Assembly: GCF_018977255.1 (NCBI RefSeq) | Contig: NW_024704743.1 | Span: 34,474,001-34,538,000 of the forward strand | Reading direction: 5' to 3' | Source: Callorhinchus milii | Taxonomy: Eukaryota | Length of the DNA stretch: 64,000 nt | In this document: piece by piece, positions 12,901 through 27,900 of the stretch | How the letters are laid out: every line of letters begins with the position of its first letter | Numbering within the stretch: the stretch's first letter is position 1 | Made by a program: the position numbers and the translations under genes | Notes under the pieces: model-generated | What the model saw: only the letters and a program-made list of their open reading frames with translations | The model's database searches: none | What the model was told of the DNA's origin: nothing

Positions 12901-15900
12901 ACAGAGAACCAGTTTGTGAAATGAATCGGTTTCACTACCGTTAAATTTAATGGATGTTTGAAATAATGGAGCAAAATACCTTAAGTAAAAATTAAGGCCC
13001 AAATCAAAAAATTCTTATGTGTCTCAATGATTTAAAACTATGTTACAATAGGTAGACATAGACGATCAACAAGCAGGGACAGAGCATGTTGAACAGGAAA
13101 TAAATCCAAACTGGGTCTCCGGTCAGTCTGATCAGTGATAACTTCTTGCTATAAATATTGTTTTCTGCCTGGAAGTTCCCCTTAAACATTTCCTAATTTG
13201 ATTGTCTCTCGATTGCTTTGCTAACATCAAAATGAAACACAAAACTATTATTCATGTTATTTTGTCCCAGTTATAAGTCACACACTGCACAAAAAGTTCA
13301 ATTGTTTTAAACAGAACAAGTTTCCAAAACACAAAAAAAACACAAAATACTGCAGATGCTGGAGATCTGAAAACAAAAACAGAAGTCCCTGGGAAAACAG
13401 TGACTTCTGTTTTTGTTTTCAGAACAAGTTTCCATGTTGTTTTTGGCAGCAGACTCCATATCACAATACAGACCTGGCATTTGAGAAAGGGAGCTGAGTT
13501 TGAAATCTTGGAATATAAAGAATTTGTACATCCAGGTGTAAACATTGCAGAATTGACTGTAAAAGCTCTTGGATCTGGATTAGTATTCTTATTTTGTATA
13601 GTGCAAACATCCATTGAATGCCAGTGTCTGAAAGCCACAATGCTTATTGATAAAAATGCATTGATTAAAGAAGGAGGAATACTTATGAAGTTTAAAGGCA
13701 TAATCATATGCAAGTACTGGACATGCAGCTAAAGGAGAATGCAAGTGTAGATGGGATACTTTCAGTAGGAACTGCAATCACAGCATAAAAAGCAGGGACA
13801 ATCTGTAAATTGCTGTAACGTATTTAGTTTAATTTAATTTAATTCGAAAATGCAGGAACACAGGGCACTGTGGCTGTATCCTTTACTGTGGTTATGCACT
13901 TGTACTCTCTTATTCATTTCACATATCAACTTCTTTTGTGTTGATTGTTAAATATCAGCATCACTTTGGAGTAATTTTAACATATTTACATTTGCTTGCC
14001 TAGATTTTAAGCCCCACCAAATTCAAATAGGAAACATAACTATTTGTAGTTTGCTCAAAGGTGTCACCAGCTCATCCTTTTGGATGTTTCAGTCAGTAAA
14101 GACATTGCCTAGAGGATCTGCAAGATAACAGATATGATCTCTGCAGAGTTATTTTTAACGGTGAGCGAGGTTGCCCCCTCTCACCCCATATTCCAAATTA
14201 GCTGAATTTCTGATTCAAAAAGTGTGAATGCCTTGACTGCCACCCAGTGTAAGACCCCCTCACACAACCACATTTCTGAATCTAGGCCTCAAGCTGCCAA
14301 AAGGCAATGTTTCCCTTATGGCTTCATGATTTCTTGGGATGTCCTCCTGACTTGAAAGGCGCTATACAAATGTGATTTTTGTTTGTTGTTATTGATCAAT
14401 CCATTGGATTAACTCATCAGATCAAAGACACTGAAATACTTGATCTTAGCCAAAAGTCTGAGAAGGTCTGTGCAGAGTTAACTCATCTCAACTGGGTGGT
14501 AACTTTACTGTTACAAATAGCCTCAGTGCATCTGGACTTCAGTTTGGAAAAAACGCTTCCTCTCCTGATCATTTGTCCTCATGAACCCTTCCAACATATA
14601 AACAGGAGGATTGTCATCAAACAATTCAAAATCAATAAAGAGTACTTGATCTTATCTTAAATAGTTGTAATACATTACTATTTTGCTGTGCTTTTGATTT
14701 CCTAACCAAGCACATATAGACCAAAAAGGTCCATCACAAACAAATCCATTTCCCACCTTTTAACCTCCCACGGTTCCTGCTTTCTGCATGAGCCCAATGC
14801 CCTATGCTGAACATCGGAGGATTAAATGAGTAAATAATGGAATTAAAAATTATTTGCTGAAATAAATCAGAAAAATGCAACAGAAATGAGGACATTCTTA
14901 CCTCAATAAACATGTAGAGTGAGAGAAGCATTACTCCAAGGTTATATATGATTAAATGAGTCCTGAGGAAGAATGCAGGTCTGTCCTTCATAAACTTTGT
15001 TCCCAGCCATATAGCCAGTAGGTACAATAGCGTAAGGAAGAATGTGGGTAAATAGGAATCCAACATAAGCCATCCTCTAACCCTGGGATCTAAAAGTGAA
15101 AAAATGCACGCGTCATTTCAGATCCGGTTCTTTGGTTCAACAGTTTTGCTTGGCTTGGGCAAGAAATATACGGCACAATGCAGACCCACATCAGATACTA
15201 CTGCAGATGGCAATGGAATCTTATCTAAGAGCTGAATAGCTCTGTTAGCCTGGCTTTCCACTGAATCTCTTTACAGCTGTTTGCACTAAACTTAGTATTT
15301 TTAGGAATAACCTGAAGATAATCAAGAATTTCATAGCAATTCTATCAGAATCCGATGAGTATATTTTCACTGCAAATAGAAATGAAAGAGGCATTGTTAT
15401 CAGGAATTACTCTCCAGAATATTGGTGACTTCAAGAAGTATCAAATATAGTGATAAATTAGATGAGTCATTAAACTGAGGTCCTGTCTGCCTGTTCAATG
15501 GACAGTAAGATCCCACAACACTTTTCGAAAAGTGAAGGGAGGATCTCCAAATGTCTTGGCTAACAATCCTCCAGATTAATTGGTGCTTAACTTCTTGTTT
15601 TTTGTGGAAAATTACTGTATACAAATTGGCTGCACTGTCTGCCTACAAATACAGTCACCACACAATTACCTGTGAAATGATTTGACATCATTGACATTAT
15701 CAAATGCAAGGATTATTATTGTGGTAGTTTTTGAACTTTGGGAGTGACCAAATGGGCTAGATTGTATTTTGTCCTCTTCTGAAGTCACTGACTTACAATG
15801 ACTAGAAATATGCAGCATCTTTTCTATGACTGTGTACTTGCACTGTGTTCACCATCAGCCAAATTTGTGTTCTGAAGCATGATACCTGGGGCTGCAATGT

Positions 15901-18900
15901 TGTTATGGCAAATTGTAGAAAATATCATGGACAATAAAAAGGTGCTGAAAATCATGGTTACATTGATAAAAAGTCACAGATAGGGACAGCTTTCTATCAA
16001 TTTGACAGCAGTGTGTCAGCCTGGCGCAGTGGTAGCACTCTTGCCTCTGAGTCAGAAAGTTATGGGTTCAACCCCGTGTCGGGACTTAGAATCACATACT
16101 CTAAGATGACAATTTAATGCAGGGAGGGTTGTGGGGGAGAGCAATTGTTGGGGGTGCCGTACTTCGGATGAGATGCTAAACCTGTTCAGGTGGATGTTAA
16201 ATGCTTGTTCAGATGGACGTTAAAGATCCTGTGGCACTATTCAAAAAGAGAAAAGAGTTCAAGTGTCCCCACCTGCAAATGCCTAAATAAAATTGGTCAT
16301 TCACTCTGACTGTTTGTGATACACTGCTGCAACCAAAACTGGCTGCTACATTTTGCCAACACAAAATACACAGTAAATCCACTTTACAGCATATCCACTT
16401 TAAAGCATACTTCAAAGCGTTTTGAGATCGCGCGAAGATGTGATAAGGAGCTAATCAAATGCAAGGATTATTATTATATTTTATTATATAATTTAGCACT
16501 ATGTTGTAAGAGCCATCAAGTCTCCAGAAAAGCCATAATAAAGATTTCTAGCATTTAACAGGTTTCTGTTGTAATCTTTTCATCAATGTCTATAAGCAAT
16601 TTTGGTTATCTCAAAGATCTTATTTTATGCTGTTTATTCAATACTGTAAAGTGAATTGACTATATAGTTTGTGAGCGAGACCCGGCAGCCAATTGCGCAC
16701 AGCAATGTCCCACAAACTTTGTTGACTGAATGATCAAATTATTATCTTTTTGAAGGGATTATTAACCCAATTGACTAACAACTGGCTACTTACTGTTTGG
16801 TAAACAGAGGTGTGTGGAGTAAGGAAACTTGCCCAATATTTCGCCCTGAATCGAACCCAGGACCTCTTGTTTGCAAGGCGAGAGTTCTAACCACTAAGTT
16901 ACAGGACTTCACCCAGGATGCCACTACACTTTTTATTGAGTCAGTCTTGTAAGAAGGGAGGAGCAGAACAACCTACTGCTCTTGACACAGATTGATGCAT
17001 CAAATGTAACCCAAATGGGTGCGTTAATTCTTAAGTGTAGATCATTTCCATAAATGTGATAACCCAGCAATTCATCTCTTTGTTAACAATGATTGGTTTC
17101 CATTTACACATTACAAACCTCAGAAGTGGAATGGTTGTCTGTATTGCCTGTTGAATCACTGTTACAGGGCCTTTAAAAATTGCAGGAGCTTCTCAGATGT
17201 CAAAGACGACACATATATTTCACAAACCCTGGCAACACCCACTGATAATGGCCTTTTTGGTTACACAGAGACTGATTTCTTGTTTGCTGTTTTATTTCCA
17301 AAAGCACAAGGAACAATTATAACTGAAAATAACAGGTAACAGAAAGAACAACATTAGGATCCATCATACCCCTATCTCTAGATTTAGTAATTAATTTTCA
17401 TTCAATTCTTATGGTGGGATTTTAGCCATTAGTGTATGGTAGAAATGAAAATTGTCTGTGTGCAAGGATTTCTGATGATTAAAATGGACTTTGCGAGTAC
17501 TGGGGGATTTTCATGGAACTAACAATGTATATTTTTAAAAAATCAATGTTACTGTAGCAAGAGAATGGTAATATAAAGAAAGATTTTTTTTACTGAATGA
17601 TTGTTAGAAGAAATGCATATTTGTATTTAATGGCATTGAGTCGTGAGCCAGTGAGAAATACAGCCAAAATAAGGTCTTGGGACTGTCCAGTGCTTTGGAA
17701 CATCCTCCAGATGTGAAAGGAACTACACAAATGTAATTTGATGTTGTTGGTTTGCTTTACATTAGCCAGACCAAGTCAGGCCAACAATAGGGCCATTGCA
17801 ACTAGCCTAAGGCTCTCTGGAATGAGGTAATAGGGCACATTCTCCCTCCTGATTGATATTCAGTGACACTTGCTGGGAAGTTAGTTTGTGGACGATGGGT
17901 GAGGACAGGATGTCTCTACATGATTGAAGAGCCTGTCGATACTCACTGTCCCAAGCTCATACCTGAAAAATAGTCACATTGGCAGGGACTGTGATAGAAG
18001 TCAATATGAGTTTCTGTATTCAAGAGAAGGTAAGGGGTTGGGCATAATGATTTCTTTCTACTCAAAGTCTGATGTATTTATCATTGTAAATTACGGACAT
18101 GGATTCTGGAGTAGTTAGTCCTTACTGACCACACATAAGCTGACATAAGGAAAGTTGGCCACCACTACCCCTTTCATTTAGATGAAACCTGACTAGAAAT
18201 CTCTCCCACTCACAAGTTCCAACTTCTTTTTGCACAAATGTCCTTTGTTGACTGACAAACACTTTGGAACGCTTCCAGAACAAACGTCCTGTGCAATGGA
18301 GGAGACAGATTTGGTTTGTGCCCTGCAGTTGCTCGCATGGTGACGTTTTTAATTTCAGCTGTGCAATGCAGGAGAAACACCATGCAACCAACAAAGCTAT
18401 TCTCAGGGGAGGCGGTGATGATTATGTGGGGGGCTGTTGTCTCAAGAGTGACTTAAGTGATTTAAATAATGACCTATAACTAAGCTTCCTTCCTGCCTTC
18501 TCTGGAAGTGTCACACAGTATGTTAATTAAAAAATAAATTCCCTAAATTTGCCAAGTATCAGGTTGCTGCCTTCTGGAACAAAACAAAAGTCTTAAAGTG
18601 GGTAGGAAAGTGAAGCAGAGCCAGCCATGCTTACTAATTGACTTTTCTTTTGCTCACTTGGCCATTACCAACTTTGCAATGAAGTGAAATGTATTGTTTC
18701 CAAAATAACATTTAAAGCTAATTTTCAAATTCAGATTCACTCTTTCCAATGTACGAATGTCGTGTCATATTGATCATTTTACTGGGCTCAAGTTCAATTT
18801 GCTGCTTTCTTCGCAATTCTTTTGAGCTGCTGGTCAGTAATGCAGAAGTTGCTGGCTTCTGTCATGAGATTTGGGGATAGGAAGGAGTCTCACCAATGCA

Positions 18901-21900
18901 TTGTCATTCATATTCCCTGCAGTTAGATATGTGTTGACACGGGGAATTATCCTAGGGCAGAAACAAAGGCTGTGCGTGATTTTCCATGATTTAGATGTAA
19001 TGCATTGACTGAAATAGAAATATAGAATTTTCTGTAAAGAAATGGGGGAGGGGCATTCAGCTTATTGTGCATCTGCTACCTGTTTTTTGTCAATTAATAC
19101 CATTTCCCAATTTGCTCTTCATATCTACTGATGTCTTTACTGCTCGGGTGCTTATCCAGGTGAATAATTTCTGAATGATTCTATTGATCCAGCCTGAATC
19201 GCCTCTTGCTCGGATTGCAAACCCTGACAACCCTTTGAGCGAAGAAATTCTTCCTAACTTCTCCTCCTAAATGTTCTGCTAACAATTCAGTAGCAGTGCC
19301 ATTGGAGCAAAATAACACATTCTTCTCTCATATGCTTGGAAAATGTTTAATTTTCAAGCACCTTGTGAGTTAGACACTACACGCAACAATGTCCACTTTC
19401 TTAACAGACGTAAGGAGGTTCCTGCCGTGGCCTCTCATGCGGCAGATGGAAAGCAATTGTGAAATAATGCATTTTAATTAGAAAAAAAACCTAAACTGTG
19501 ACTCCACATATGGTCGGCAGTTTGACCCATTGAGAACTGAGCTCTAGGCTATGATTACAGTAAATTATGTTCATGCTAAGGAGTTAATGAGGTTTTGGAA
19601 TTTAGGATTAAACCTAAAGCTGTAGAGGTTGTTCCATCAGTTTTAGATCACTGTCAATTTTTCAATCTCATTTGCAGTATTTTCTCTATATCCCTTTACA
19701 CTTGCTTCCCAAATAGAGTCCCGGTATAATTTCCCAACTGTTACAACAATTGCAATTGCAAGCTGCAGGTGGTGGTCTTCCCCTACCCTGCCTCTGCAAC
19801 CTCCTCCAACTCAACCAACCCAGCCACTCCCTTCGCTCAGTAGGCACCAGCCTGCTTCGCGTCCCCTGTCCTACCTGCCCCACCATTGGCGGTCAACTTT
19901 CAGACTATATGCCCCCAATCTCTGGAACTCCAAATCGCTTTTTGCCTCACCTCTTTCAAGGTCAGTCTCATATCTACCTCTTTGATTGTGCTTCTGATCA
20001 TCTTTCCCCTCCCTGCCCCCTCAGCTCCTATCCCCAGCTCTGGTGTCCAGCCAGGACAGTTAAGTGTCTTGGGATATCCAGCTGACATGAAAGACACTAT
20101 ATAAATGTACATTGTATTGTTTTACTGCACAAATGCACAGCATCCAACTCGCTTCCTACGCGCTGGCCAGTTCCCACACCAAGAGGATAATGACTGAGGG
20201 TCATCGATTCATTAATTCCTCTTCCATGGCTTTCTGGGGCCAGTGTATCAATATCTCACAACAGCTGTGTGAAGAAATGTTGGGGTGGATAAGGTGACAA
20301 TTGCCTACCATTCACTGACTGATCTGGCTTCAACATTTAATCAGCAAGAAATGTGTTTGCTATCTCTTAACCAGGACAAAGGGAAGGAATATTATACTGC
20401 TTTAATATTACAGCTTCTGTGGGACAGATGACAATGATCCCTAAAATAAACTTTAAACATATATTATGCTTGGGTGACGACATTGTACGCTTCCGTGTAT
20501 TTGCAAACATGTCCTCATGTTCTCGCGTTGTTTATGCTGGGGACTGATCTGAGTCTGAGAGGAGTTCAGCTAAGTTCAATGCCAGGAAATTTGGTTGCTT
20601 TGCATTACAGGTTGCTTTCAGAGGTCTCATAATACAAAATCGGTAGAAGCATTATTAAATGGTATTAGTTGGCAGCGATTGAAAAGAAGATTTAACACAT
20701 TTCTATTACAAATCCTTTGAAGAGTTGATAAGATTCAGTGACTGGGATCCAAGAAGAATGCCAACAATTGCAAATAAATATCCACCTCTGACAATGATAG
20801 TAATCCTAGTTACAATTATAGAAAAACTTACCTCTATCACCAAACATGTAGTCCACAAAGGAATTCACACGTTTGTCTAAGGTCTCAATTTGGTTCTGCA
20901 AAATATAATATTTAAAACACCATTTTAGTTTCACAAAGTGATTTTAGTCAAGACAAATTAGCATTGTAATGCTTCCCTCATCTTACACTAGGTTTTTAAT
21001 GTTAACAGTAAAGTTTACTTGCTGCAATTAAAAAGTGTACCCAGCAATAGTCCAGAGCTAGGATAACGAAGTTTAATTAAAACAAATTGTCACTCTCTGG
21101 TTAACAGACTAAAGGTGCATAATTTGGAAAACAAGGAGGCACAAACTCCTTTAATGGGAATATTGGCAACACAGGCATCCTATCATGGGAAAGGCCACAA
21201 AACATGGATATTCTGCTAATAGACACCACATAATGGAATACAGGCTAATAGGTAAATCAACAATATCCATTTGCATTTATAACAACAACAAATTACATTT
21301 GAGTAAAGTATAAGAGGCTCTTTAAAGGGGCAGTATTGTTTTAATTAAACTTAGTTATCCTAGTTCTGGACTATTGCTGGGTACACTTTTGCAGCCACCA
21401 CAATTAATGTTGGCATCAAAATGAAGACAGAGTTATATTCACTGCCCTACATTTGACAACCTTGCTGGAAGGTCTTATGACATAAAATCACTTACTGGAA
21501 GGAGTTGGACTGTAGCTTAATTCAGCTTCTGTTTGTCACTATAATTGGGAAATCCAACAAACATAGTTCTCATCTATTTAAACAGTGGAGCAAATAGGAT
21601 GGTTTAAAATGGGTTTCCCTCATACTTACCCTCTAATATATTTTCATATCTTAGGCTGTAATTTCCACTGACAGAGATAGGTGCACGTTTAAAATGCATT
21701 GAGGCAGAAATTATTTGATTTGATTTTAACTTAAAGAGACAGAACTCTGCGAAACAGAAAACAAGCTATTCGTCAAAATTGAAGCATTTAGAGGTTAAAG
21801 AGTCAGGATAGAAAGATTATTCACCCAGTAGTGCCTTAAAGTTTTTTTTAGAATAGATTCAGGGCAAGTGGCATTGGAACACATGGTATAATCACTGTAT

Positions 21901-24900
21901 TGTCCTGAGCAGATGAGTATTTAGTGCGCAAGTAATAATAATACTTTCAAATTCTGCGCTTTACAAATAAAGCAAGTATTGATAGGTCAATCTGCCCAAA
22001 TATTCAAAGCAGCTTATTGGACACTAAAACTAATTTAGTAACCACTGGAGATTATAAACAAATCCAATATATATGGTACTTAAATGTTCTTTGCAGTCAT
22101 TTCTGAAACTAAATCTGAGTGTGGAGAGTTAAAAGGCCTGTGTACTCCTTGTTTGTTTTTGCACTTGTAAAGCCCAAATGGCAGATCGGATATGTTCCTT
22201 TAATTTAAACATTCTTTTCAGTTATCTATGCTTTAAGCCATAGATGTATTTGCCTTAGTTAAAAGTTAGTTCTGTGCAGATGTTCACTTCTTATCAGATC
22301 TTCCTCTGCACAGAAAGCATTGTACTCAGTCATATCCCCAGTTTGCACTGGTGTACCCTCGAGAGGGTGTGCAATGAAGAAGTAGACATGAGCAAGGGTT
22401 AGGAAACAGGTACTTCTCGGAGTAGTAAGAACATTTATTATTATTATTGCTATTATTTGTGGACTAGAGAAAACATATTATTGCTCTGAGAATAGTTCAG
22501 TTACTAGATCTTGACAATCTAAAAGGATGTTGCTCCTTCTTCAAGCTCACTGCTTGCATAAGAAACCATTTTAAAAAATCTTCCTTGAGACAAGACCAGC
22601 TCAGCTCGACTGGGTACAGACAAGACCAGCACAAATACTTCAAGACAAACTAACTTTTTGAAATGCCTAAATCCCCAAGCTTCACATATCATATTTCAGG
22701 ACATGGAGGCCTTACTATCAGATACTTTAAAAAGGATGTTTGGATCTCATTTTAGGTTATATAAATATAATAAATATATAAATTTTATTAATCTGTTAAT
22801 ATTTTTGTGAAAATTACCATTATGTTTTATGGCCAGCAGGTCATCTCCTCTGGCCTGATATGTAATCAAACTTATTCATGCAGAAAGTGTCCATAATGTT
22901 TTTAGAAGTTTTCCTGCTCTTCAAAACTACAGTACAGGATATTGATAATAATAATAATCCTTGCATTTGATATAGCGCTTTTCACGTCGGGAGGACGTCC
23001 CAAAGCGCTTCACAGAACACACTGTAAAGTGAATTGACTGTATATTTGTGGGCGAACGCGGCAGCCAATTGCGCACAGCAATGTCCCACAAACAGTCGTA
23101 GATTGAAAATGACCATTTATTATTGTTTTGTTTTGGAGAGATTATTATTAGGCATGTGGAGTAAGGAAACTTGCCCAAGGTTTCGCCCTGCCTGGAATTG
23201 AACTCAGGTCTCTCGCTTGCAAAGCGAGTGCTCTAACCACTGAGCCACAGGACTCCACAGATGGGGATGGGAGGTGTTTGCTGATGCAGGTTGCAATATA
23301 CACAGTCCCAGCACTTTACAATATATCTTGTGAAGTGCTTTGAGATGTCTTTACAACGTGATAAGGCTCTATAACAAACAAGGATTATTATATATTGTTG
23401 TCAGGTGGCACTGTCTGAGACGGCGGATTCAGAACGGATCAGAGCACACCCAAGAGATAATTAAGTGCCGGTTTCCGGGCTGGGAGAATAATTGGGAGAC
23501 TCTTCCCCATGTATGGTGGATAGGTGGATACGACTGAGTACAATGCTTTCTGTGTAGAGAGCGTCTCGTGTTCCAGGCTATGATTAGCTGTGCCACTACC
23601 TATTTGGTAGAGATGTGAAAGATAAGATGTGTGTTTCCTCCAGAATGTCTGAATACAGCTAAACTACTACAAAATTCCTCTAAACTAGCACCAACTATTT
23701 CAATATTGGTATACTGGAATTTCAACTTTCTATTACTTATTAATGGATATTACATCTGTCCTTGTATTAATCTTATCTGAGTTGAACTTTTATCCTTGGA
23801 GCTGAATTATGGATAGATTTTGTCATAGGACCTTGCTCATTTTAACATGGCTTGAGACTGGCAAAACTCTATGACCCTTTACATGTATGACCCTTACTAT
23901 TGGCAGAGAAAGTAGAGCTTCAATAGTCAATCAAGACTGGATTCTGATCACATACATTAGAAATTATCTAAATACAATTGAACAGTATTCACCAACACAA
24001 ATAGTTGACTATTGCAGAAAATGCCAATGAAAGAGTGCAATGAGCCACAAACATTTTTTCTACAATAAACAATAAAGTATAGAGATGTTTTTGCAAAATC
24101 TAGTTTTCTTTTGTGCTGATGTTGCTAGGCTGCTGTTTCTGAGAATTTTTCTGTACCATGTCAGCATTAAGTACAGTATTTCTAAGTCACATGTAACTGC
24201 AGCTGGATTCAAATTTAAGGTCCATTTGCTTTACCCGAACAGTATGCTTCAGCCATAGCCTCAGAAGGGCAACTGCAACTGCACCTTGTGTAACAGTTTC
24301 CATTTCCCAACTAAATCTTTATGTTCTCTCTGAGTGACATTGTCAATGTGTGCTAAATTCTGAGCAGCTTAGCACTGTGGAAGATCCACAGAGGCCTGGG
24401 TGGAAATTAACTCACTTTTGACCCTTAGAACAACAACAAATTACATTTGTAGTGCCTTTCATGTCAGGAGGACGTCCCAAGGCGCTAGACAGTCAGGGAT
24501 CTGCACCAGAGAGCCAGCAAATACATCCTCGCCATGACCTTGGACTGATTGTTTTTGGTCAACTGGGTGTCTGACATACACAGAAAACCATCACCACGAT
24601 CAAGAGTATCCAAACCAAATTGAGAATTCCATGCATCACATCTACACATCGGATTCCAACCCACATCCCAGAGGTTGGAGGCCCAAGACTATATGTAAGA
24701 TCTGAACTAACCCTAAGAGGCAAGTTTGTATACAAAATATTAATTTTATTAAAATGTTTATGTATTATAAAAGTTCAAACATTTGCTGTGTGAGGAACAT
24801 GCAGATGAGGAGGTAGTGCGGACCACTCAATCCTCCTCCACCGCCTCTCCTTCCACCTCAACCTTCAAGGTTCTGTCCTTGACTGGTTCAGGTCCTACCT

Positions 24901-27900
24901 TTCACACCACCTCCACTTAGTTTCTGTTAACGGTTTCTCCTCCAGCCCCTGCACCGTCTCGTGAGGCGTTCCTCAGGGCTGTGTCCTCGGTCCCCTCCTT
25001 TTCACTTTCTACATGCTCCCCCTTAGTGACATCATTCGCAGATATGGGGTAAATTTCCACATGTATGTGGACGACACCCAACTCTATCTCTCTGCCTCCA
25101 CCCTCAACTCCAGGACTACTGGCGTCCTGACCGATTGCCTGTCCGACATCAAGACCTGGACGAGGGACAACTTTCTCCAACTCAACGTCAGCAAGACCTA
25201 AGCTCTCCTGCTTGGCGCGCGCCAGCGCCTCCACACCTTGGGCGCTAGCAGCATCAGCCAATACCTCACTAAGCCAGTCAGGAACCTGGGTGTCTTGTTT
25301 GACCCTGAACTGTCCTTTCTCCTCCACATCCGCACCATGACCGGCACTGCCTACCACCACCTCTGCAACCTTGCCAGACTCCACCACTGCCTCACCCCTC
25401 AGGCTGCCAAAACCCTCACCCACACATTCGTCACCTCAAGGCTCGATTACTCCCTCCTCATCAGCCCTCCCAACTCTTCCCTTCCCAAGCTGCAGATCAT
25501 CCAAAACTCTGTAGCTCTTATACTCTCGCACACCAGGCTCCGTGACCACATCACTCCCACCCTCGCCCGACTCTACTGGCTCCCCATTCCTCTGAGGATC
25601 GAATTCAAGATCCTTGTCCTCACTTTCAAGGCCATTCATGGCCTTGCCCCCTCCTACCTCTCTGACCTGCTGACTCCCTACCAATCTGCCCACTCCCTCC
25701 GTTCAGCAGGCTCCAGCCTGCTCCATGTCTCCCACCCGACCCGCCCTACCACCGCTGGCCGGGCTTTTAGCCTCTCTGCCCCCACTCTCTGGAACTCCAT
25801 CCCATGGTCCCTTCGCCTCACTTCCTCCCTTGCCTCCTTTAAGATCAGTCTCAAGATCCTCCTCTTCGATTGTACCTTCAGTTGCCCTCCCACCTCTCTG
25901 CCTTCCTTTACCCCTACCCCACCCCTCCCCCATGCTCGGGTCCTGACCCCTGACTCTCCAGCACCTTGGGACGTCCTCGCGACATGAAAGTCACTCTATA
26001 AATGTAATTTTGTTGATGTTGTTGCTGTGAATTTAAACAAATATTTGTGGAGATGTTACTTGGTTTCTGTACTGCAGAAAAATATTTCATGCAAGTAACT
26101 GTAACCAGCACATTGGTCTAGAATACATTTAAGCTGCAAGAATGCAATGCTACTCTAAGGTTTCACTTTAAAGTGGAACTTTATCTACTTATGATTCTGA
26201 GCTCAGCTTCATATCACTGACTATGTTACTGATAGTAACTTGAACTGTAGGCAGGGATCCAGCCAATAAACATCTTACATGTAACAGCAAAGTGCTGAAT
26301 ATGGTGCTCTGCCAAAATATTTAGTATTCTTGCAGATGTTTGTTTGGTATTCCTGCAGGCACATTGTGTGGAGTTACAGCAACACAACCAAGACAATCCG
26401 ATTGAGGTTTTTAAATAATGAGGGGACGATTCTTCCCCATGGTAGAGGGAGCAAAAGGGAAAATAGTCTTAACATTAGTACTAAATTGATTGGAACTGAA
26501 ATGAGTGAACATTTCTTAACCTAAAGGGTTGTGGAGTGTGGAATAGAGATGTTTTAGTTGCTTGTACTCCATAGAGGACTGGTTTACTGTAAAACCAAAC
26601 CTTGGTAGAAACAACATCAGGAATCCCTACACATGAAGCAGAATAAAAATTGCTTTTAAAAGGATTAATTTATCCCGAATGTGCCATACAGTAGAGGTTT
26701 GCAAAAAACAAGGCCATGAGCTGAGCTGCTGAAAACAAAGCAATATTGGTCAGTGATTATAGATTTTTCTAACTAATAACATTTAGAGGGAATGTTTGAA
26801 GCAGAACAATATAAAATGGTGCAGGGAGAAAGCAGGAAATTGAAAGTGACCAACATCTCAGACCAAAGGGGGGGCCATCCAGAGCCGCATGACCCTGGGA
26901 TCAAAGAGTTGTGGCTAAAAAATAAAGAACAGGGAACTGTTTTTTTTCCTGAACCCTGTTCTTTGTTCTTCATTTCATGTGTCAGCCTGGCCCAGTTGAC
27001 AGCTCTCCCATCTCTGAGACAGAAGGTTGTGGGTTTGAGTGCCACTTCGGGTCTTTGAGTTCATAGTCTGGGCTGACACTCCAAAAACACTGCTGGGGAG
27101 TTGTCAGAGGTGCCGTTCTTCAGATCAGATGTTAAAATGAGGTCTTGTCTGCCTCTTCAGGGGGATATTAAAGATTCCATGATACTTTTCAAAAAGGGAA
27201 GAGAGTTTCTCCTGGTTTCCTTACCAACAATCCCCTAATAAAATTGGATAGTCACTTCATGGCTATTTGTGTGCAAAATTGGCTCCTGCGTTCACATACA
27301 CATCTTACAGGAAAGATCCTATGAATCGCTTGAGACATTTTGACAAAGCAATAGGGTGTTATAGCAAATGCAATTATTATTATTTTATTATTTGTCACCT
27401 GGATTTCACGTTTCATCAGGTGGTATCTGTAATTTGTTAAGGCAGTTTGAAGAAGCTGTATCTGGTTTTGTAAAAACAAGATTAATTTATCAGAGAATCA
27501 ATTCTCGTTTCACAATTTAAATAAAATTATTTAAATAATTTGGAAATCGGATTCATTTTCATGTATTATCAACAATGTCAATTGAATACTTGTGTATAAC
27601 CCGTTCTGATCCATCACTGCTGCCATTTAATTGCATTTTTTAAAAAAAAGGCTGCATTTATATAGTGCTATTAAACGGATTATACTGTGATTAGTAATGG
27701 GAGCTATGGTAATTAAACATGGAATTATGCTAATAGACACGGTCTTTAGGGGGTATCTGAAACAAGGGAGATAAGTACAAAAGCAAAATGTTTCAAAGTG
27801 TAATTGTGGAGGTCAATGTGTTCTGCCTGAAGGCTTGGGCTCCGATTGTGGAGTAGAGGTTGTGGTGCATAAGCAGTAAACTCGAGTGGCTAAAGTAAAA

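Noticed and set aside
23184..23254. tRNA-Ala(TGC)-like cloverleaf on the minus strand
   Set aside because: It is a SINE head: it runs straight into the SINE body, has a flawed T-stem, and diverged copies occur throughout the window.
25238..25987. 249-aa ORF and similar ORFs at 35296, 44037, 51538 and 63344
   Set aside because: These are C-terminal remnants of L2 ORF2 in 5'-truncated copies.
26921..26967. Small hairpin aataaagaacaggg / ccctgttctttgtt
   Set aside because: A 14-bp imperfect stem is too short to distinguish from background.
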